Assembly: GCA_965202585.1 (NCBI GenBank)
Contig: OZ241829.1
Span: 84,134,001-84,198,000, forward strand
Length of the DNA: 64,000 bases
Direction of reading: 5' to 3'
Source: Thalia democratica
Taxonomy: Eukaryota
In this document: positions 1-14,129 of the stretch, piece by piece
Position numbering within the stretch: position 1 is the stretch's first letter
Layout: each line of letters starts with the position of its first letter
Program-made: the position numbers and the translations under genes
Notes under the pieces: generated by a model
Database searches by the model: none
Told to the model about the DNA's origin: nothing
Seen by the model: the letters and a program-made list of their open reading frames with translations, nothing else

Positions 1-367
1 ACCTACTTGTTCACAAAAAAAGCATGTGTTCTGACATTTTATTCGTGCTGGTAAATGGAAATCTGCAGTAAACTAGTAACTGCGCTTCACCAGAAACATC
101 AACACTCTCATCAAGAAACTGATTACACAAACGTAAATTTTCCAAAAGCTGTTCTTTCACATCTTTAGCTACAAGCGTAGTTGTTCTGGCAGACAAAAAA
201 ATGGTATCAATTTGTTTAGCAGCATCTATGCCGAAAAAACGTTCTACACATCTAAAGAAAAGTAGTTTTAAACCTTCAGCATCAGTATAAGGTTTTTTAT
301 TCTGCATTGTGTAATAAGCTGCATCTTTTGACGATAATATTGCAGGACTACATTTTGTTGGTGTCAA
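1..367 (-). mobile_element. hAT (Charlie/Buster, ZBED5/SCAND3-like) transposase remnant
   Basis: ORF 11..367 reads KPYTDAEGL...IFLSARTT...KEQLLENL...LDESVDVSGEAQLLVYCRF. This matches the Charlie-type KPF/YT..E...LS..T...QL...LDESTD...QLLVFVR region around the first catalytic Asp. Degenerate. Confidence 0.75.
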
Positions 368-1061
368 TGGACATTAAATCAATCATCAAAAAAATTAAAT
401 TAATCTGTCAAGATATAATTTTTTGCTGTTATTATTAGGTACGTTGCTTCCTTTTTTAGCTATATAACTAAATGAGCAACTGACCTATACTACTTGATTT
501 TGTGAAAGATGTTTTTGCAAGTGGGAATAGTTTAAATTGTCGTATCCACCTAAAACCTTAAGATCCAGAAACATTCTCCAATTTGCATCATTACAATACA
601 AAATCTGTCGTAAGTTGGTGTTGCTAACAACCTTAAGATTATCAATAAAACACTCTTAACAGACGTTTACACTTAAGGAGCCTTTATACAATTAAGACAA
701 AAGTTAAATTGTTTCATGCTAGATCGATGATCACAAGTAAGAAAGTAAACTAAGTTTCTGAAAGAATGTAAATATGTTAAAAAGCATACTGTTGCACTAC
801 TTGATAAAAAATACCTATTTTGACAATTTTCATCTGAATACAGCAACATTCTTGTCCAAAAAGGAGTTACAGGCATATAAAATACAACAAGAGTTCTTAT
901 GAAACCAGGCAAATAGCGTTTATTACGATTTTTGCTAATTACTTGTATATTCAAATTTGTATATTTTTTAAATAACATCCCAAAAGGTGATTTTTCTGCC
1001 ATTGTTTTTTCCTTTTTTTTTTTCGTCCACTTTTTTTATCACGAATCTTAATGTTGAAAAA

Positions 1062-1730
1062 TTATCCGGTAGAATTTATTATTAACGTCGGTATCAATTT
1101 TATGTAGGTTAGATGTTTTGTCAGCTCTGACTTTAAATTTTTTAATTTGGGATTGAAATTGGATGCTACACATTTAGTTTTAAGCTTTTTCAAACTCTCA
1201 TAATAATCTTCTTTTCTTTCATTTTTTCTTTTCATTATTCTGTCCTCACCTGTAATAATATCTATAAAGATATCCAGTGGGTGGAAAGATTTTCCGTCAA
1301 AAAGGTAGAATTTACAGCGGTAGCTTTTGTAAAAATATGGTATAGAAAAAACTTTTATTGTTTGCTTCAGTAAGGATGTGCTCAATATCTAGGAAAGGCA
1401 ACTTATCTACTCCATTTTCTGCCGACATTATTGTCGATGTCTAATCTAGATCGTACTCTTTAAATGTTTTCTTGAGATATTTACTTATTTCTTTTAATAC
1501 TGAAATATCGTCAATGTAACGTCTTACAAATAGTGATTTATTTAATTTAGAAGCTTTCGTCATTATATAATGTAATGAAATATTAGCTATGACAACGGAG
1601 TTGTTATCACCTGTAATTATACCCTTCTTTTGTTTAAAATATTTTTCCTGAAAAACTAAAGTTATTGCGTTTTCTAGTAGACTTTTAGTGATACTAGGGT
1701 AAAAATTGATAGTATAGAACTTAAGTAAAT
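1062..1730 (-). mobile_element. Penelope-like element (PLE) reverse transcriptase remnant, non-Naiad type
   Basis: Manual translation of the minus strand gives KFYTINFYPSI (motif A-like, ~1690-1725), then FQEKYFKQKKGIITGDNNSVVIANISLHYIMTKASKLNKSLFVRRYIDDI (motifs B and C, ~1505-1650). ORF 1062..1385 has PLDIFI in the later palm/thumb region. Interrupted by frameshifts. Confidence 0.75.
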
Positions 1731-4493
1731 TATATTTTTCTTATTCTATGATTTTAAACCATTTTAAAACCTCGTCAGAGCTTATCCGTTGGTTAAACTC
1801 TTTTCTACTTCGTATTTGTCTGTTTATATTAACGCTTATTGTTATACTAATTACTCCTATTTCTGATCCAATCGGGTAGGGCTGTTGGAAGAAATCTAGA
1901 AATTTTTAAAACTTTTAGAATTCTGTCATAATGAAAAAAGTTGAATTGATATTTTCAACTTTTTGCAATATTTGTTACTCTTGGTGCCTTACTTTGTACA
2001 CATTTTATTCTTTTTTATTTACTGCAATCAAAACAGTCGTATCAACAATTTCTTCTTAATATCAACAATATAGTTACTTACTCGTTTTTTTATAAAACTT
2101 GATTTATACGTTCACTTATTTGTACGTCCACTTGTGGCCCTTAATTTTTGCACCCTTTCAATCTTATTCAACTCCAAAGAGAAGCTAAATCCTTATAATA
2201 TTGATATAAGGGACTTTAGTGCATAAAATATAATTGTACTTTCTGTTCCTTGTGGTAATTTCTCACATTTTCGTAAAATATCTAAAGTATAAATGATTAA
2301 AATTTTTTACAATTTTGTATATTCACTTACAAATATTGTTTTTCCATAGACTAATTTTTTAAAACTTTCATCAATAGCAGAGTTATCTTTAGCATCCTTA
2401 GACTTTTTTGGTCTGTAGGCACTAAGTTAACTGTAACAAATCTTTCAAACCGTTGATTGAACAATCATCATTTAATAGTCTTATGCAGCAGCTATAGTGG
2501 AAAACCCGTAACAGTCAGTGTTACTAACAAAATATTCAAACCTATTTTTTACCATTTAATCTTTCACGGGTTATTTTCTGAAAGTCTTCAACGGGCCACA
2601 AACAGCCTGTTTCTTCGGCAAGCTCTCTAAGGGTAGTTATAAAATTAATTTTTCTGAAAAATGTATATTACCCATCAATTTCATTAAAACTTTCAAGCTG
2701 TTTCCATTCAGAAGTTTTGAAACCTCCATTTAGGCAGTCATAAGAATTTTTATCGTTTTGGAACATGACCCGCTTATCACCAACTTTTAAAAAGTTGAAT
2801 TTTCAAAACTTTTTTTCAAATTACAAAAATCCTCATTATAATTTTTTTTTGAATCACTGAAATTTGTTGGCAATCATCACAAGGCTCGCTCGTATTTTTC
2901 TTATGAAAATAACAATTTTGATCTTTATTTTTCTCAAAACTTTTATATTTTCTGTAGAAAATTATTCGCGAAGCTTCTTTGTTGTTTTAACTTTAATGTG
3001 AGTGACCGCTTCTCTTGATAATATTTCCTTAGCGAACTGTAAGTATTTTGATGCTTAAAATACTGAGTAAAGTTAACGTTCGTTTTGTTTTTTTTACCAT
3101 AGCATTGAAAAAACAAAAACTACTTTTTCAACAAACCTCTAGTAAAAAGACTTTAGAACTGGTCTCATCTTATTTAAGAAGTCATGGGAAACTTTTATAT
3201 AATTTAACTGAAGCCTTAAAATTCTCTCAGGATAAAGTTCTAATGCTTTATTTCTACTCTCAGTAGAAATAGCATTTTAGAGTCCAGGAGTTTTGACGCT
3301 TAACAATTAACTGAACATGTTTTTTCATGAACTATACTTAAAATTAAAATATAATTCAACTGTAATAAATTTAATAACGCGAACTTGAAATATTGATATT
3401 TTTTAAGAAATCATGGTTTCTCACTAATAACTTTAGAGGCTTTGAATGAAATAAACTATCATTAATGTCTTCTTCTATTGACAAGTTAGTCTCCTTAATA
3501 AAACTTTTTGTTTTAAAATAGTTTTTCCAAAGACTTAAATTTTAAAACTCATAACTAGCACAGTTATCTTCAGCAACCTTAGCCTGAATAGTGCCGCCTT
3601 GATTTTTAAGGATGACTTTGGCTTTTCCATCTTGAAAATCTATTGATTTCAGATAAATTTCTGCTATATATATTATGTATAAATAATAGCTATAAATAAA
3701 AGGTTTGGGTTCTGTTGCATCAGGATCCGTGCGATTATGTACTTCTGCAAACTAATTCACAATATCTTGCCTAAGCTGTTTGCGTTTTATATTAAATGGA
3801 GAATTGTCTTTTTGAATGCGTTATTATCGCTGAATTTTCTATTTTTCCTTATTTTTCGCAGTTATTCCTGCTGCTTCATTCTTAATATTGTTTAATATTT
3901 AAGTTGAGCTTTTTTAATTTAAACAATAAAGCAGGTTAAATAATATTATTTGGAAAACTGACCATCTGATCAGCAATTTCAAGATATTTTTGTTTTCGCC
4001 GTTTGCTGACTCCTTTAGAACTTTTCAGTTTCACATCTTTAGAATGACTGATAAATTACCCACAACTAGTCTTGGAATTCTACCCCTTACCAAAAAGATT
4101 CTTTTTTTTTTGCCTTAAGCATTTGTTCTATTTTATTTTCTAGTAGGCTTCTCAGTATATATTTGCTCTCAGTTTGTTATTCATGAGCAACTATGACACA
4201 TGTATCTAAAAAGGTATTTTTGAAGGTTACTTATCGAAAAAATTAAAAGGTTGTTTGTTTTCAAAACCAATTAAATGTGCCATGAATCCATCTGGGCCTT
4301 TCTTTTAATTAATTCCATTTAAATTTTGGGTTTTCAAGCCAGCCCAGGTACACCATGTGATCAGGTCCACTTTCTCTATGTACACCATGTGCCTGACGTA
4401 GTAATGTTATCTTAAAACAATTTTAAAAGTAAAAGTTAAACACAAACTACAGATCTCTATGTATATGATAATTTAAACTACAGTAGTTGTAAA

Positions 4494-4860
4494 CTAAAAT
4501 GTTTTACTATTAATTTCCTGATAACTTTTTACTTTTTTTTTGTGTTTACATTTAAGTTTTTCCAAACTAATTTTTTTTTCCAACTTTGTGATAATGCATT
4601 TATTTACCAGTTTTTTTATACCTACATGTTCACAAAAAAGTTCTGACATTTTATTGGTGCTGGTATCTGGAAATCTGCAGTAAACTAGTAACTGCGCTTC
4701 ACCAGACACATCAACACTCCAGCTGTATAGAAAACTGATTACACAAACGTAATTTTTCCAAAAGCTGTTTTTTCATATTTTTAGCTACAAGCGTGCATCT
4801 TCTAGCAATTGTTTTGGCAGACAAAGGAATGGTATCAATTTGTTTAGCAGCATCATAAGT
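4494..4860 (-). mobile_element. Second copy of the Charlie-type hAT transposase remnant
   Basis: 4620-4860 is a diverged copy of 1-290; the ORF shows SGEAQLLVYCRFPDTSTNKMSE. Confidence 0.7.
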
Positions 4861-6148
4861 AATTTAGTTATGTGTGTCGCACATATCTATTTAATAATAC
4901 TTTTTACTTTCTTTTAAAAACACTTTTCTCACTTTGTCACAAATGAAAGAATATTTAACAGCTTTACTTCTTTCTACAGTTTTATGTGGCTGTGTCTGGT
5001 TATAGTTTTATTAGTTTATTTTATAAAGAATTGCACATTGAAGCTATTTGGGTCACCAGCTGTGATTTTTATTTTCTAACTCGTAATCTTAAATTTATTT
5101 TTACTTTTTTTATAGACAATGGATCTACCCTTATCCTTATGAAGTTTTTAGACTGTTCTTCTTTATATTGAAAAAGAGCTCTCTTGAATAATAATTAGTA
5201 CGATAAAGCAAAAAAGTAAATTTAGATTCTACTTAACATTTTCACAATAAAGAAGGATAGTTAGTATTTTTACTGTAATGAACAGTTAAGTTACATACCG
5301 CCATTGATAGTAGCATCATTTGTTTCCTGTTGTTGATGATCTTCTGAATATATTGACTTTTTAGTACTTTGAATACCAAAATTACCTATAAAATAACAGG
5401 TTATTAAACGAAGTAATAAAAGTAAAATTACATTGCTAACCTTAGCAGGTATTTAAACCTTAAACTATTCAAAAGAATGTTCGTATAATTAAAAATAGGT
5501 AACTGAAAAATTGCTGTTACTAACCTGGTATAGTTTTTATATAGCATGTGTTTTAAGCTATAACAAATGATTTTAAGTAAATTACACTTTTCAGGTTGAA
5601 CAGCCAATTTTATGAATTCTTGAACAGATTTTTTCTTGTGCTTTTTAAGCATTATTTTATAGACCTTTAGGTGGTTGGTGACAACATAGTTTTTACTTTT
5701 GTAGTCCCACTGAACGCAATCTATATAGAAATTTTTTTCGCCTTCTGAACTAAAATTTTTGTATGTCAACTACAAATTGAATTTTGTTTTTCAACATTTT
5801 TAGCACACAATCATACACTGCCTTACAATTTTTTAACATAGAATAAATGTCTTTAGTCTGCAAAAACTTCAATAAGGCTTAACATACAAATTTTGGTCAG
5901 GAATATCAATTTTCCTACTATTTCAAAGTTTAATTTCTTTATCATGTTTAAAAATATTTCTTTTTACTATTAACACTTCAACTATTGATTGAGTTAATCT
6001 TTTTATTGAATAATTTATGCTGAGGTAACTTAATCATTTCTTAATCACAGTGCTTACAGATTTGCATAATAATTCGTTTGATTCGTCTCTACATGCCACC
6101 TATTTGCCTAACACATTAACTAACAAGTCTAACACATTACTACAAGTT

Positions 6149-7675
6149 TTAATACATTGCACCTACATTAAGTCGAACTTTAAGAGCTAAATTGTTTGAA
6201 TTGTGCATGAACTTTTTTGAGATGTGCATTTTACAGCAGACCAAAGAATTATCGTTGTTGCAGTCTGCGCTTTGATATGATCTAGTTAACAGAACATCGT
6301 TGATACGATGGCGTCTCACTAAGATAAGGTCTAATTGGTGCCAGTTTTTAGAACGGGGATGTCTCCAAGATACTTTATGCTGCCATTTAGTTTTAAAAAA
6401 TGAATTGGTAACACAGAGGTTCTGTTTATGACAAAACTCTAAAAGGCGTTGACCATTAGAATTCATTCTTCCAAAACCAAAATGTCCTAAACAGCGAGCC
6501 CAGGAGTCGTGATCAGATCCAACTCTTGCATTAAAATCACCCAGAATAACAAGTTGATCGTTTTTTGGCAATTTATTCACTACGAGATTTAACTTTTCAT
6601 AAAAAGTATCTTTAATTTGCTCGTCAGTGTATAGCGTATGCGCATATACACTAATAAGGGTCGCTGTTCCTTTTTTGGTGTGTAAACGTAGAGTAGCAAT
6701 ACGTTCGTTTCCGTCACCCGACTTCTACATGTTGTAAGAGTGTATTCTTGACAGCAAAACCAACACCATATTCTTAACGTTCTTCAACAGACTTACCAAA
6801 CCAGAAGAAAGTAATTTTTTTTTCTTTAATTGAGCCTTGACCGGCAAGAGCTTCAATATCAACTTTAAGACGAAGAAGTTCGTTATTTATGTTAGCAGTT
6901 TTTCTTGCATCATTTATGTTTTCGGGGTCCATACCAGTAGTCATGATAAGAACGTTCCAGCTTCCCAGTTTAAGAGTGGGTCTTTTTTTACGTTTATGTT
7001 TGTCAGGTGACATAGTTTCAGTTTACTTCTCACTTAAAGCTATCCCCATTCACCCAATGAGGAAGGTAAACTATGGCGGAACAACACCTTATTGGCTGAG
7101 GGCTGCTCAGCTTAAGGCAGGCGGTGGTTGTTCAGTGGAACTAAAAAAATCCTCCTACCGACGAATACGACCCCTGGCGCCCATCCTTTCGCCAAACAAG
7201 ATTAGGCTTATCACCGGTAACTGCCGTATTTCGTGTTGTGTCTTCGCGAAAAACCTGCGAAGCTGGAGTAAACCTCTCCAAGCACAAAGCCAGGGAATAA
7301 CATTGAGATTCCAGCTGTTGCCCATGCAGCAGGATCTCACTCTCCACAGTGAGAAGAGCTCAGCGAAACAGCAAAGCTGATACAGCCAAGATTCATCATT
7401 GTCGCAGGAGCTGCCGGAATGACATTGAATACAAAGTCAGACCGCCTACGTGGCTCCGACTACGGCTTTTTGATCAGAGTTTTGCATCTCCTAGAGGAAT
7501 AGAAGTACAGTTCTTCGGAGTTTCCTCTACCCCCGTGTTTAAGACTTTACCATGTCTGATTTTTCCTCAGGGTTTACTCCCGAAGCCTTTGCTTAGCCAA
7601 AAGCAACCACAAGGCAGTTGTGGTCGGCAAAGGTTTTACAGAGCTGATGCTAAAACAGCTCTAACCCCAAGGGGA
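6149..7675 (-). mobile_element. RTE-clade LINE, 5' UTR plus APE endonuclease region, 3'-truncated (copy 1)
   Basis: The ORFs carry LKLGSWNV, GVGFAV, LISVYA, LVILGDFNARVG, NSNGQRLLEFC, WRHPRSKNWHQLDLILV and DNSLV, i.e. APE endonuclease motifs typical of RTE/BovB. The upstream leader (ggcttcgggagtaaaccctgagg...ctgctgcatgggcaacagc) resembles RTE 5' UTRs. No RT domain follows. Confidence 0.9.
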
Positions 7676-8930
7676 GATCATGAAAGTTCTTCAGGGATCT
7701 TCTGTGTCATCTTTGTGATCTTCTGGGTCATCTTTGTGATCATCTGCTTATGTTCATCAGTTCTTCTTGCTACTGAATTGTTGCTGAACTCAAATTCATT
7801 ACTCATGCTCACACCCATCAACAACAAACTTCTTGTTAAGTGGATACAAGCATTTGTGCTTTCTTGTTGAAGATTTGAAAGCAAACGTCAGTATTCCATT
7901 TCTGTAGTTGATTCTCAAAGCATCTTATTCAAATAGAATCATACACTGAAGTTTCATACACTGAAATTCATACACTCATCTGAGAGTTTTTATTAGAGCT
8001 CTTATTACTAGCTTGGAATTTTTAGATCAATTTATAAGCTTACTTAGTGCAAAGCACAACAACATCTAAAGAAAATTTTAAAAGTGCAATGCACCAATAT
8101 AAAGTTTTTGAAAGTAAAATTTTTTGCTTCTATTTTTTTAGCTCCGGCATTCTTTCAGAAACATTGATCATATGTTCAACAAAGTACGTAATTAACGGAC
8201 GTTTCTTTGTTGCATCACGATCTTATCTTTGCTGCTGAAGTTCTATTATGTCGCTGGACTTCAAATAGAAGAAGTTCTTCCATCGTTTAGCCGGAACGAA
8301 CAACTTCTACTGAGAAAACTGGACACGTACGTTCCGGTTGATTGATTCTTCAAAAATATTTCTGTTGATCAAGCATCATCTGTACTGCAGTATATTGATA
8401 CCGCTGTAAACACTTTCATAACATTCTAATTGCATTCTCTTGTATCCTTTTTTCTTCTGAATCAAATAATTTTTTTTTCACTCTCCGCTTCGCACATGAC
8501 TAAAAGTTTTTTTGAAACTTTTTCTGTTCTCTACGCTTGCGTCTTATTTTGTCTTCAAATCTTTGGTAAGATGGCTTATATCTTTCTTTTGTTTGAAATA
8601 ATCTTGGAAGATTATAACTCGTAAAGCTATTTATGATAGACTAACTAAGTATTTAATCATTGATGTATAATTTTTGAAATAAAATTAAGGATGTCTCTCT
8701 TGAAATAATTTTATTCCTGACTTTCCTCTTTCATTACCAGGTTTGTGACTTTATTAACTTGTCCTTTTTAAAGACGCTTTTTATAAATTAATTTTGAGAT
8801 CTTTAGATCACATTTTGAAAATAAAAATTTCTTAAATTCGGTTACATTAGGTCTTTGCTACACCAATTTTAATTGACTTTTTCACCAAATTCAGAGTTGA
8901 AAAGATTGAATTTGCAACTTCTTTTTAAGT
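6528..8930. repeat. ~2.4-kb direct duplication, copy A (pairs with 14130-16565)
   Basis: Colinear sequence runs from gcattaaaatcacccag through ...cagagttgaaaagattgaa and covers the RTE 5' half plus ~1.25 kb of flank. Confidence 0.9.
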
Positions 8931-9519
8931 GAGCATATTGATACCGTTAGAAACATCTATAAGATCCCTTTTCAACTACGTTACATTTTAACCTTTTTTT
9001 TTGAGCTCTTCTTATGTCTCCCTATTATCAGGCACATATTTAGAGAATAAAAAGTTTCAAGGGAGTTCAAAATGAAGGGAGTCACCCAGACCTGAGGCTA
9101 AACTTCAGCTTAAAAGAATTCTCAGCCCTTGAATCCTCGTCTGTCATACATGGTACTCCATTTTCATCGATTCTGGTCATTACATTCACGTTCCTTTTTT
9201 TTGGTCGTAATTTTTTATAAATATTGTAGATAATCTTATAACTTGACATTTATAAAACATTTCAAATATTGCATAATTGCGAATGATTGGGTATGTATAC
9301 CGAAACATCATTATTTTATCTACTAATAAATTATTAGTTTGTTATTTTATCCACCAGAATTTTTTTCACAATAACAACTTATCTGTCTATTTCTTTGGTC
9401 TGGCAGGTAAGCTGGAACATTTTTTTAGACAAAAAATTTTAACTTAAGATAGTTTGCACATCTTAAATTATTTCAAAAGCCCACAAAATGTTAACCAAAG
9501 AAAAAAAACATACAACACA

Positions 9520-9845
9520 AATGTGAGCTGGTTCCACCCACTCATTAGTAATGTATGAATACTTTTCAACTGTCGGGACAAGCTCGATATTTCTTTTAAA
9601 CCCACCGAAGACGTAAACATTTCCTTTACAGTAAGCTGTCGCAGGACTGTCTCGACCTGATTGCATAGATGCCAGTTCTTTTGAATCTGAAAAGTCTTTG
9701 GTATTGACCTCGTGAGCGCTTTTCACTGCGGCTAGCGTTCCATCTAAACCCTAAACAAAACCACCGCTGACTACAATGTTAAACGAATTTTGACTGCAGT
9801 ACCTGTTTGTATGAAAAGCGCTTGGTTTTGTTCTATAAACCCTTT
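9520..9845 (-). pseudogene. Kelch-repeat (BTB-Kelch/KLHL-like) gene fragment
   Basis: Translation: RVYRTKPSAFHTNRYCSQNSFNIVVSGGFV*GLDG...LASMQSGRDSPATAYCKGNVYVFGGFKRNIELVPTVEKYSYITNEW. It has the Kelch GG/Y/W signature, an in-frame TAG at 9751-9753, and is truncated at both ends. Confidence 0.75.
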
Positions 9846-11699
9846 CGCTGCTTTGTGAAATAGGTGGTTCCTCACTTACTTCTGTCTCATATTTTTGCTT
9901 GCCGCTTATATAAAAGCTAGTAAATTTTAGACAGGTTTCTTTTCACTTCACGTCCACACAATTAAAATTAAAACAGCCTTATCCTATTTATTGTAGTCGA
10001 AATTCTGGTGTTTGCGTTTTGTTTTCTAGTAAAGAGTACAGTAAAGCCCATTGGAAATATTTAACTGTTTACTTTAAACACATTTTTACCTTGTATTTTG
10101 ACTTTTGTAGACTTAGTTGTTTTTCTAGACCAGAATTTTTTGTTTCTTATACAATTTTTACTAATTAGTTTTATTTTTCTATAACTTATTAGTGAGGTGA
10201 ACACATTTAAGCTGTTTTGTTGTTTTATGGATTTTATTTTTATCGCACTAATGTAAGTACATACATGTGGTTTATAAAGAATTCAATTTGTTTTCTAGTA
10301 CTAAGCACACAATATACTTTTCTGATAAGCTTTTTATCAGCACTTGTTAACATGATTTTTGTAGCAATGCTAAAAACAATATAATCTTTTTTTCTTATAA
10401 GTGAATTAAGGTTGTACTATAATGAAAAATCAATTTTCATTATTTAATAACTGGTATTAAATCTGTTTGTTGCTTTATCAATGTTCAGCAATGGACGGTA
10501 AGAAACCTATACTTGTTTTTTCAAGTTGTGATGAAGAAATAAAAGTTTTTTGCCAAGTTTATTTAAATTTAAATATTTTATATAAAAAACATAACATAAA
10601 ACATAACAAAAAATACCCAAATGTCGGTTTTTGAATTGTTTAACTTTTTGTTTTCATCGTCAGTTTTTTTCACAATCAATACATACGTTTTTATCTTCTA
10701 GTGAGTTCGATGGTCCACCGCATAGTAAAATATCAAATGAGACTTCTTGTCTGTACTTTGTAGAGTTTTTATACCATAACAATCTAATTTCCTTCAAAAC
10801 ATATTTCTATCTACACTATCAAATGCTTTACTTAAATCCAGAAAGACTGAACAAACCGCGTTTCCTTTATCGAAATCGGACAGAGCCTCTTCAACAAATT
10901 CAGAAAAAGCTAAAGTTTTCCTTTCTGCGGCTTTTTATATTTTTGCAGGTCACGAGGCTGTTTCTTAAAAAACATTTTTAAGCAAAAAACATAACTAGTT
11001 TTATGCAGAGTAGGCCACAAAGTAGGTATATAGTTTGCAGAACAGATATTTTCAAACCAATGGTTGATTTTAAAGGGAGTCACTTAGGCCTGGAACTCAA
11101 GAGGCCTTTTCTCATGAAGTTAGCAAAAAAGTGTGTGCACCTTTCTCAAAAGGTGAAATTCTTTCTTTATTCTGTAAATTGATTTTAAAAAGGGTTGCCA
11201 AACATACAGTCTAGTTAAAAAATTTCAAACCAGGTTAAACCTGTTCAGACATTTAAAAGAAACTCTGGTAAACTTATATTTCAAATATTTTAAATAAATC
11301 TTCGAATTTTCAGAATAGTTTTTAAGACTGTAGTGTAGTTTACTAATTGTAATTTTTTTTTTGGTCTACTTATACATTGTGTACTTTTTATACTGATGAT
11401 ATTTTAGTTAGGTATCTAAGCTTAATTAATTGCAAGTTTTATAGGAGTAATCATGTTAAAAGCTAATCAATTACTAATAAGGTACTTTATTAGAATGTTC
11501 GAGCATTAATTATGTTAAAAAAAGTACACAGTTAAATAAGACTTAGGTATATTTGTCAATGTAAATTTTACTCCTATAAATATTTATAATAAAAATAGGC
11601 ATTCTATGTGTAGCTAAGTATCATTAAATTAATAAAGTGAATAAAAGTAAAACTTTTTTTATATGTGACTAAAACTAAAATCAATAGATTATTCAAATG

Positions 11700-11776
11700 T
11701 CACTAAAACTGCGGCCCGCGAAGAATTTGGAAACTTGAAATTTGGCCCGCGAGCACCAACTGCCTGCCGACCCCTG
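11700..11776. mobile_element. Terminus of a Charlie-type hAT element
   Basis: Subterminal ggcccgcga repeats end in tgccgacccctg (reverse complement of the TIR CAGGGGTCGGCA), followed by gtctagtt, which resembles the Charlie target preference NTCTAGAN. The other end was not found. Confidence 0.6.
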
Positions 11777-14129
11777 GTCTAGTTAGTTATCTGAGTACGC
11801 TAAATATGCTTTGCATGCCTTTTCCTCATCATAAAAAACATCTTCTTTTCTTGAAAATAAGTTTTTGAAGCTATCCATACTGACATTTTCCAATGTTTTT
11901 GTTTTGTGACTCCATAAATGGTTTTTATTTTGCAAATTATTATATTCAACGTTTTTTTACAAAAAGTTTTTCAACGGAACTAAATGCACTGCGTCAACCT
12001 CTTTGTAGGCCTTGTGGCCTTTTTGTGTTATCTACTTTTTTTACTAAATTTTGTTGTCTCGAACATCATGTAGGATGTCGTAAAAAGAGTTAACAATCTT
12101 TCTTACAATTAACATTTGTTCGTAGTAACTTATATTTAACATATCACATACTTGTTTCTAATTGGTTCAAAAAATGTTTCATTGATCTATTTTATTTAAG
12201 TTGTTTAAGATATACGCTTCATTTTTTGATTTGGTCATCTTCATTTGTTGGTTGTTCTGAAAAAAAACTTAACTATAAAATAAAAATACCAAGACCAATA
12301 CTACATACATAATTTTCGTAATAATTTGCAACATTACAATTTTTCAAACTCTTTAATTTTGCGGCTTAACCATCATTCATTATTCCATTGCCGAAATCTT
12401 CATACAGCTTGGGAAATACTTAAAGAAGATCTCGTTGAGAGCTAACCTCAACAAAGTATAACAATGACAGTTTAAGTTTGTGAGTTAAGTAAGAAAGTGC
12501 TGCAATTTATTTCAAAGTTAAGCAGTTAAATTCTTATATTGAGATTTAAACAATAAGTTTCGAGAGAGCTTCACACTTCAGTAGCCTTAATGTAATAAAA
12601 CAAAACAAAAGTTCTATTGAATGTATTGCTTAACATATGTTTCTCGCTTACACGATGATCACAAGCAAATAAACTAACATTCTTAACCAATTCGACATTA
12701 CAAAAAATCTTTTTAATTTTTCAAGGAAAGAAAACTTACAAAACTTGAAATTTTCTTGGCCAGGTAATTAACTTGAAATTTTACATAACAATGTTTTAGT
12801 TTTTGAGTTCATTTAAAGTTCATTAGACTAGACTTCATTAGTTTAGAGAGATGCTCGAGCTATCTGTATTGGTTTATCATATTTTTTTTTGCAGATAAAC
12901 TGCTTCCAAGCATTGTGGAACTTCTTGCCAGGTTGTTATTCATACTTTTCTTTGCTTTTTTAATTTATTTAAAATATTTATAAGTGCTTAAACAAATCAA
13001 ACATTAAAACACTAAATAAAAGTTTAAACAATCAAAAAATACCATGCATTAAAATAAGAATTTTAAAACTTTTATATATTCTTTAAAGGTTTAAACAGGT
13101 TTTACTACAAATTGTAAACAAAACTTGAAGAAATCAGCAGGTACGTTAACAAAAAGTTTCGTTTTTGTTTTTTCGTTATCAATTGAAGCTTTAGCGGTGT
13201 TCACCGAAGTACTGTGATCTATTTTCAACAAATTGTTAGAAATTGCGGAGTGCAGAAAGACTTTTTATTATATTTGCTACTTTTTAAAATAACAAAGATT
13301 TCACTATCAAAACTTAATATTTAATTTTAAGTTAATTTATTACACTCTTCGTCGCCATAATGATCAAATTTAATCGTCTTGTTTTTTAACCATATGGCCT
13401 TGTATTTTAAAACAATGAGTTATCTAATATGAACTCAAATGTTATCGTCTCTAATACATTTTAACTGGTCATTTATTCAAACAAATTCAAATCAAATAAG
13501 CTAAAAGTGAACTGATTCCACCACTCAAATGCAATATATACATATAAGTAGTAATAGAAAAATATCATATTTTTTGATTTATTATACTGTTTTAAATTTA
13601 GATAAATTAGTTCTAAAAGATCCAGAAAAAAGTTATGAATTTCCAAATTGTTGATCAAAATTCAAATCCTTTATTTAAATCAAATATATTACATACAGTT
13701 TATTAAATTAACGAAACCAACGAACATTGTAATAACCTAATACAAATAAAACCTAAATGACTAATACTGGTAAATTAAAGACCAAAACTTGCAGGTAATC
13801 ATAGTATATTATAATCATTAGTTTAAACTTTGAAAAAAAAAATTGATAAATATTTTGTATAATACAAAACTCAACAAAAAACCTTAAGAGTTTTCGAAAA
13901 TAAAATTGCAAGTCAGTTAAATAAAACAATTGAGAAGATTATTTTTACGAGCAGATGTTACGTCTTACTTCATTTTTAAAGAGGTAGTTTTTAGATTTAT
14001 TTTGTTTTTAGAATTTTCAAAAAATTCAAATAAGTTTTCTTTATTTAATTTTTCTTTATCTAATTTAACCTCAAAAAGAGTTGATTAATCAAAATCTCAA
14101 TCAAACTGAAGTTCCCCACATAGTTCCCC

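Noticed and set aside
6889-7884. ORFs of 60-173 aa on both strands over the RTE leader (also 14752-15450)
   Set aside because: These are chance frames in the GC-richer RTE 5' UTR and a 21-bp tandem repeat; there are no domain motifs, and the frames differ between the two copies.
11209-11784. gtctagtt at 11209 and 11777 as the TSD of a 560-bp hAT element
   Set aside because: There is no left TIR after the first copy, so it may be coincidental.
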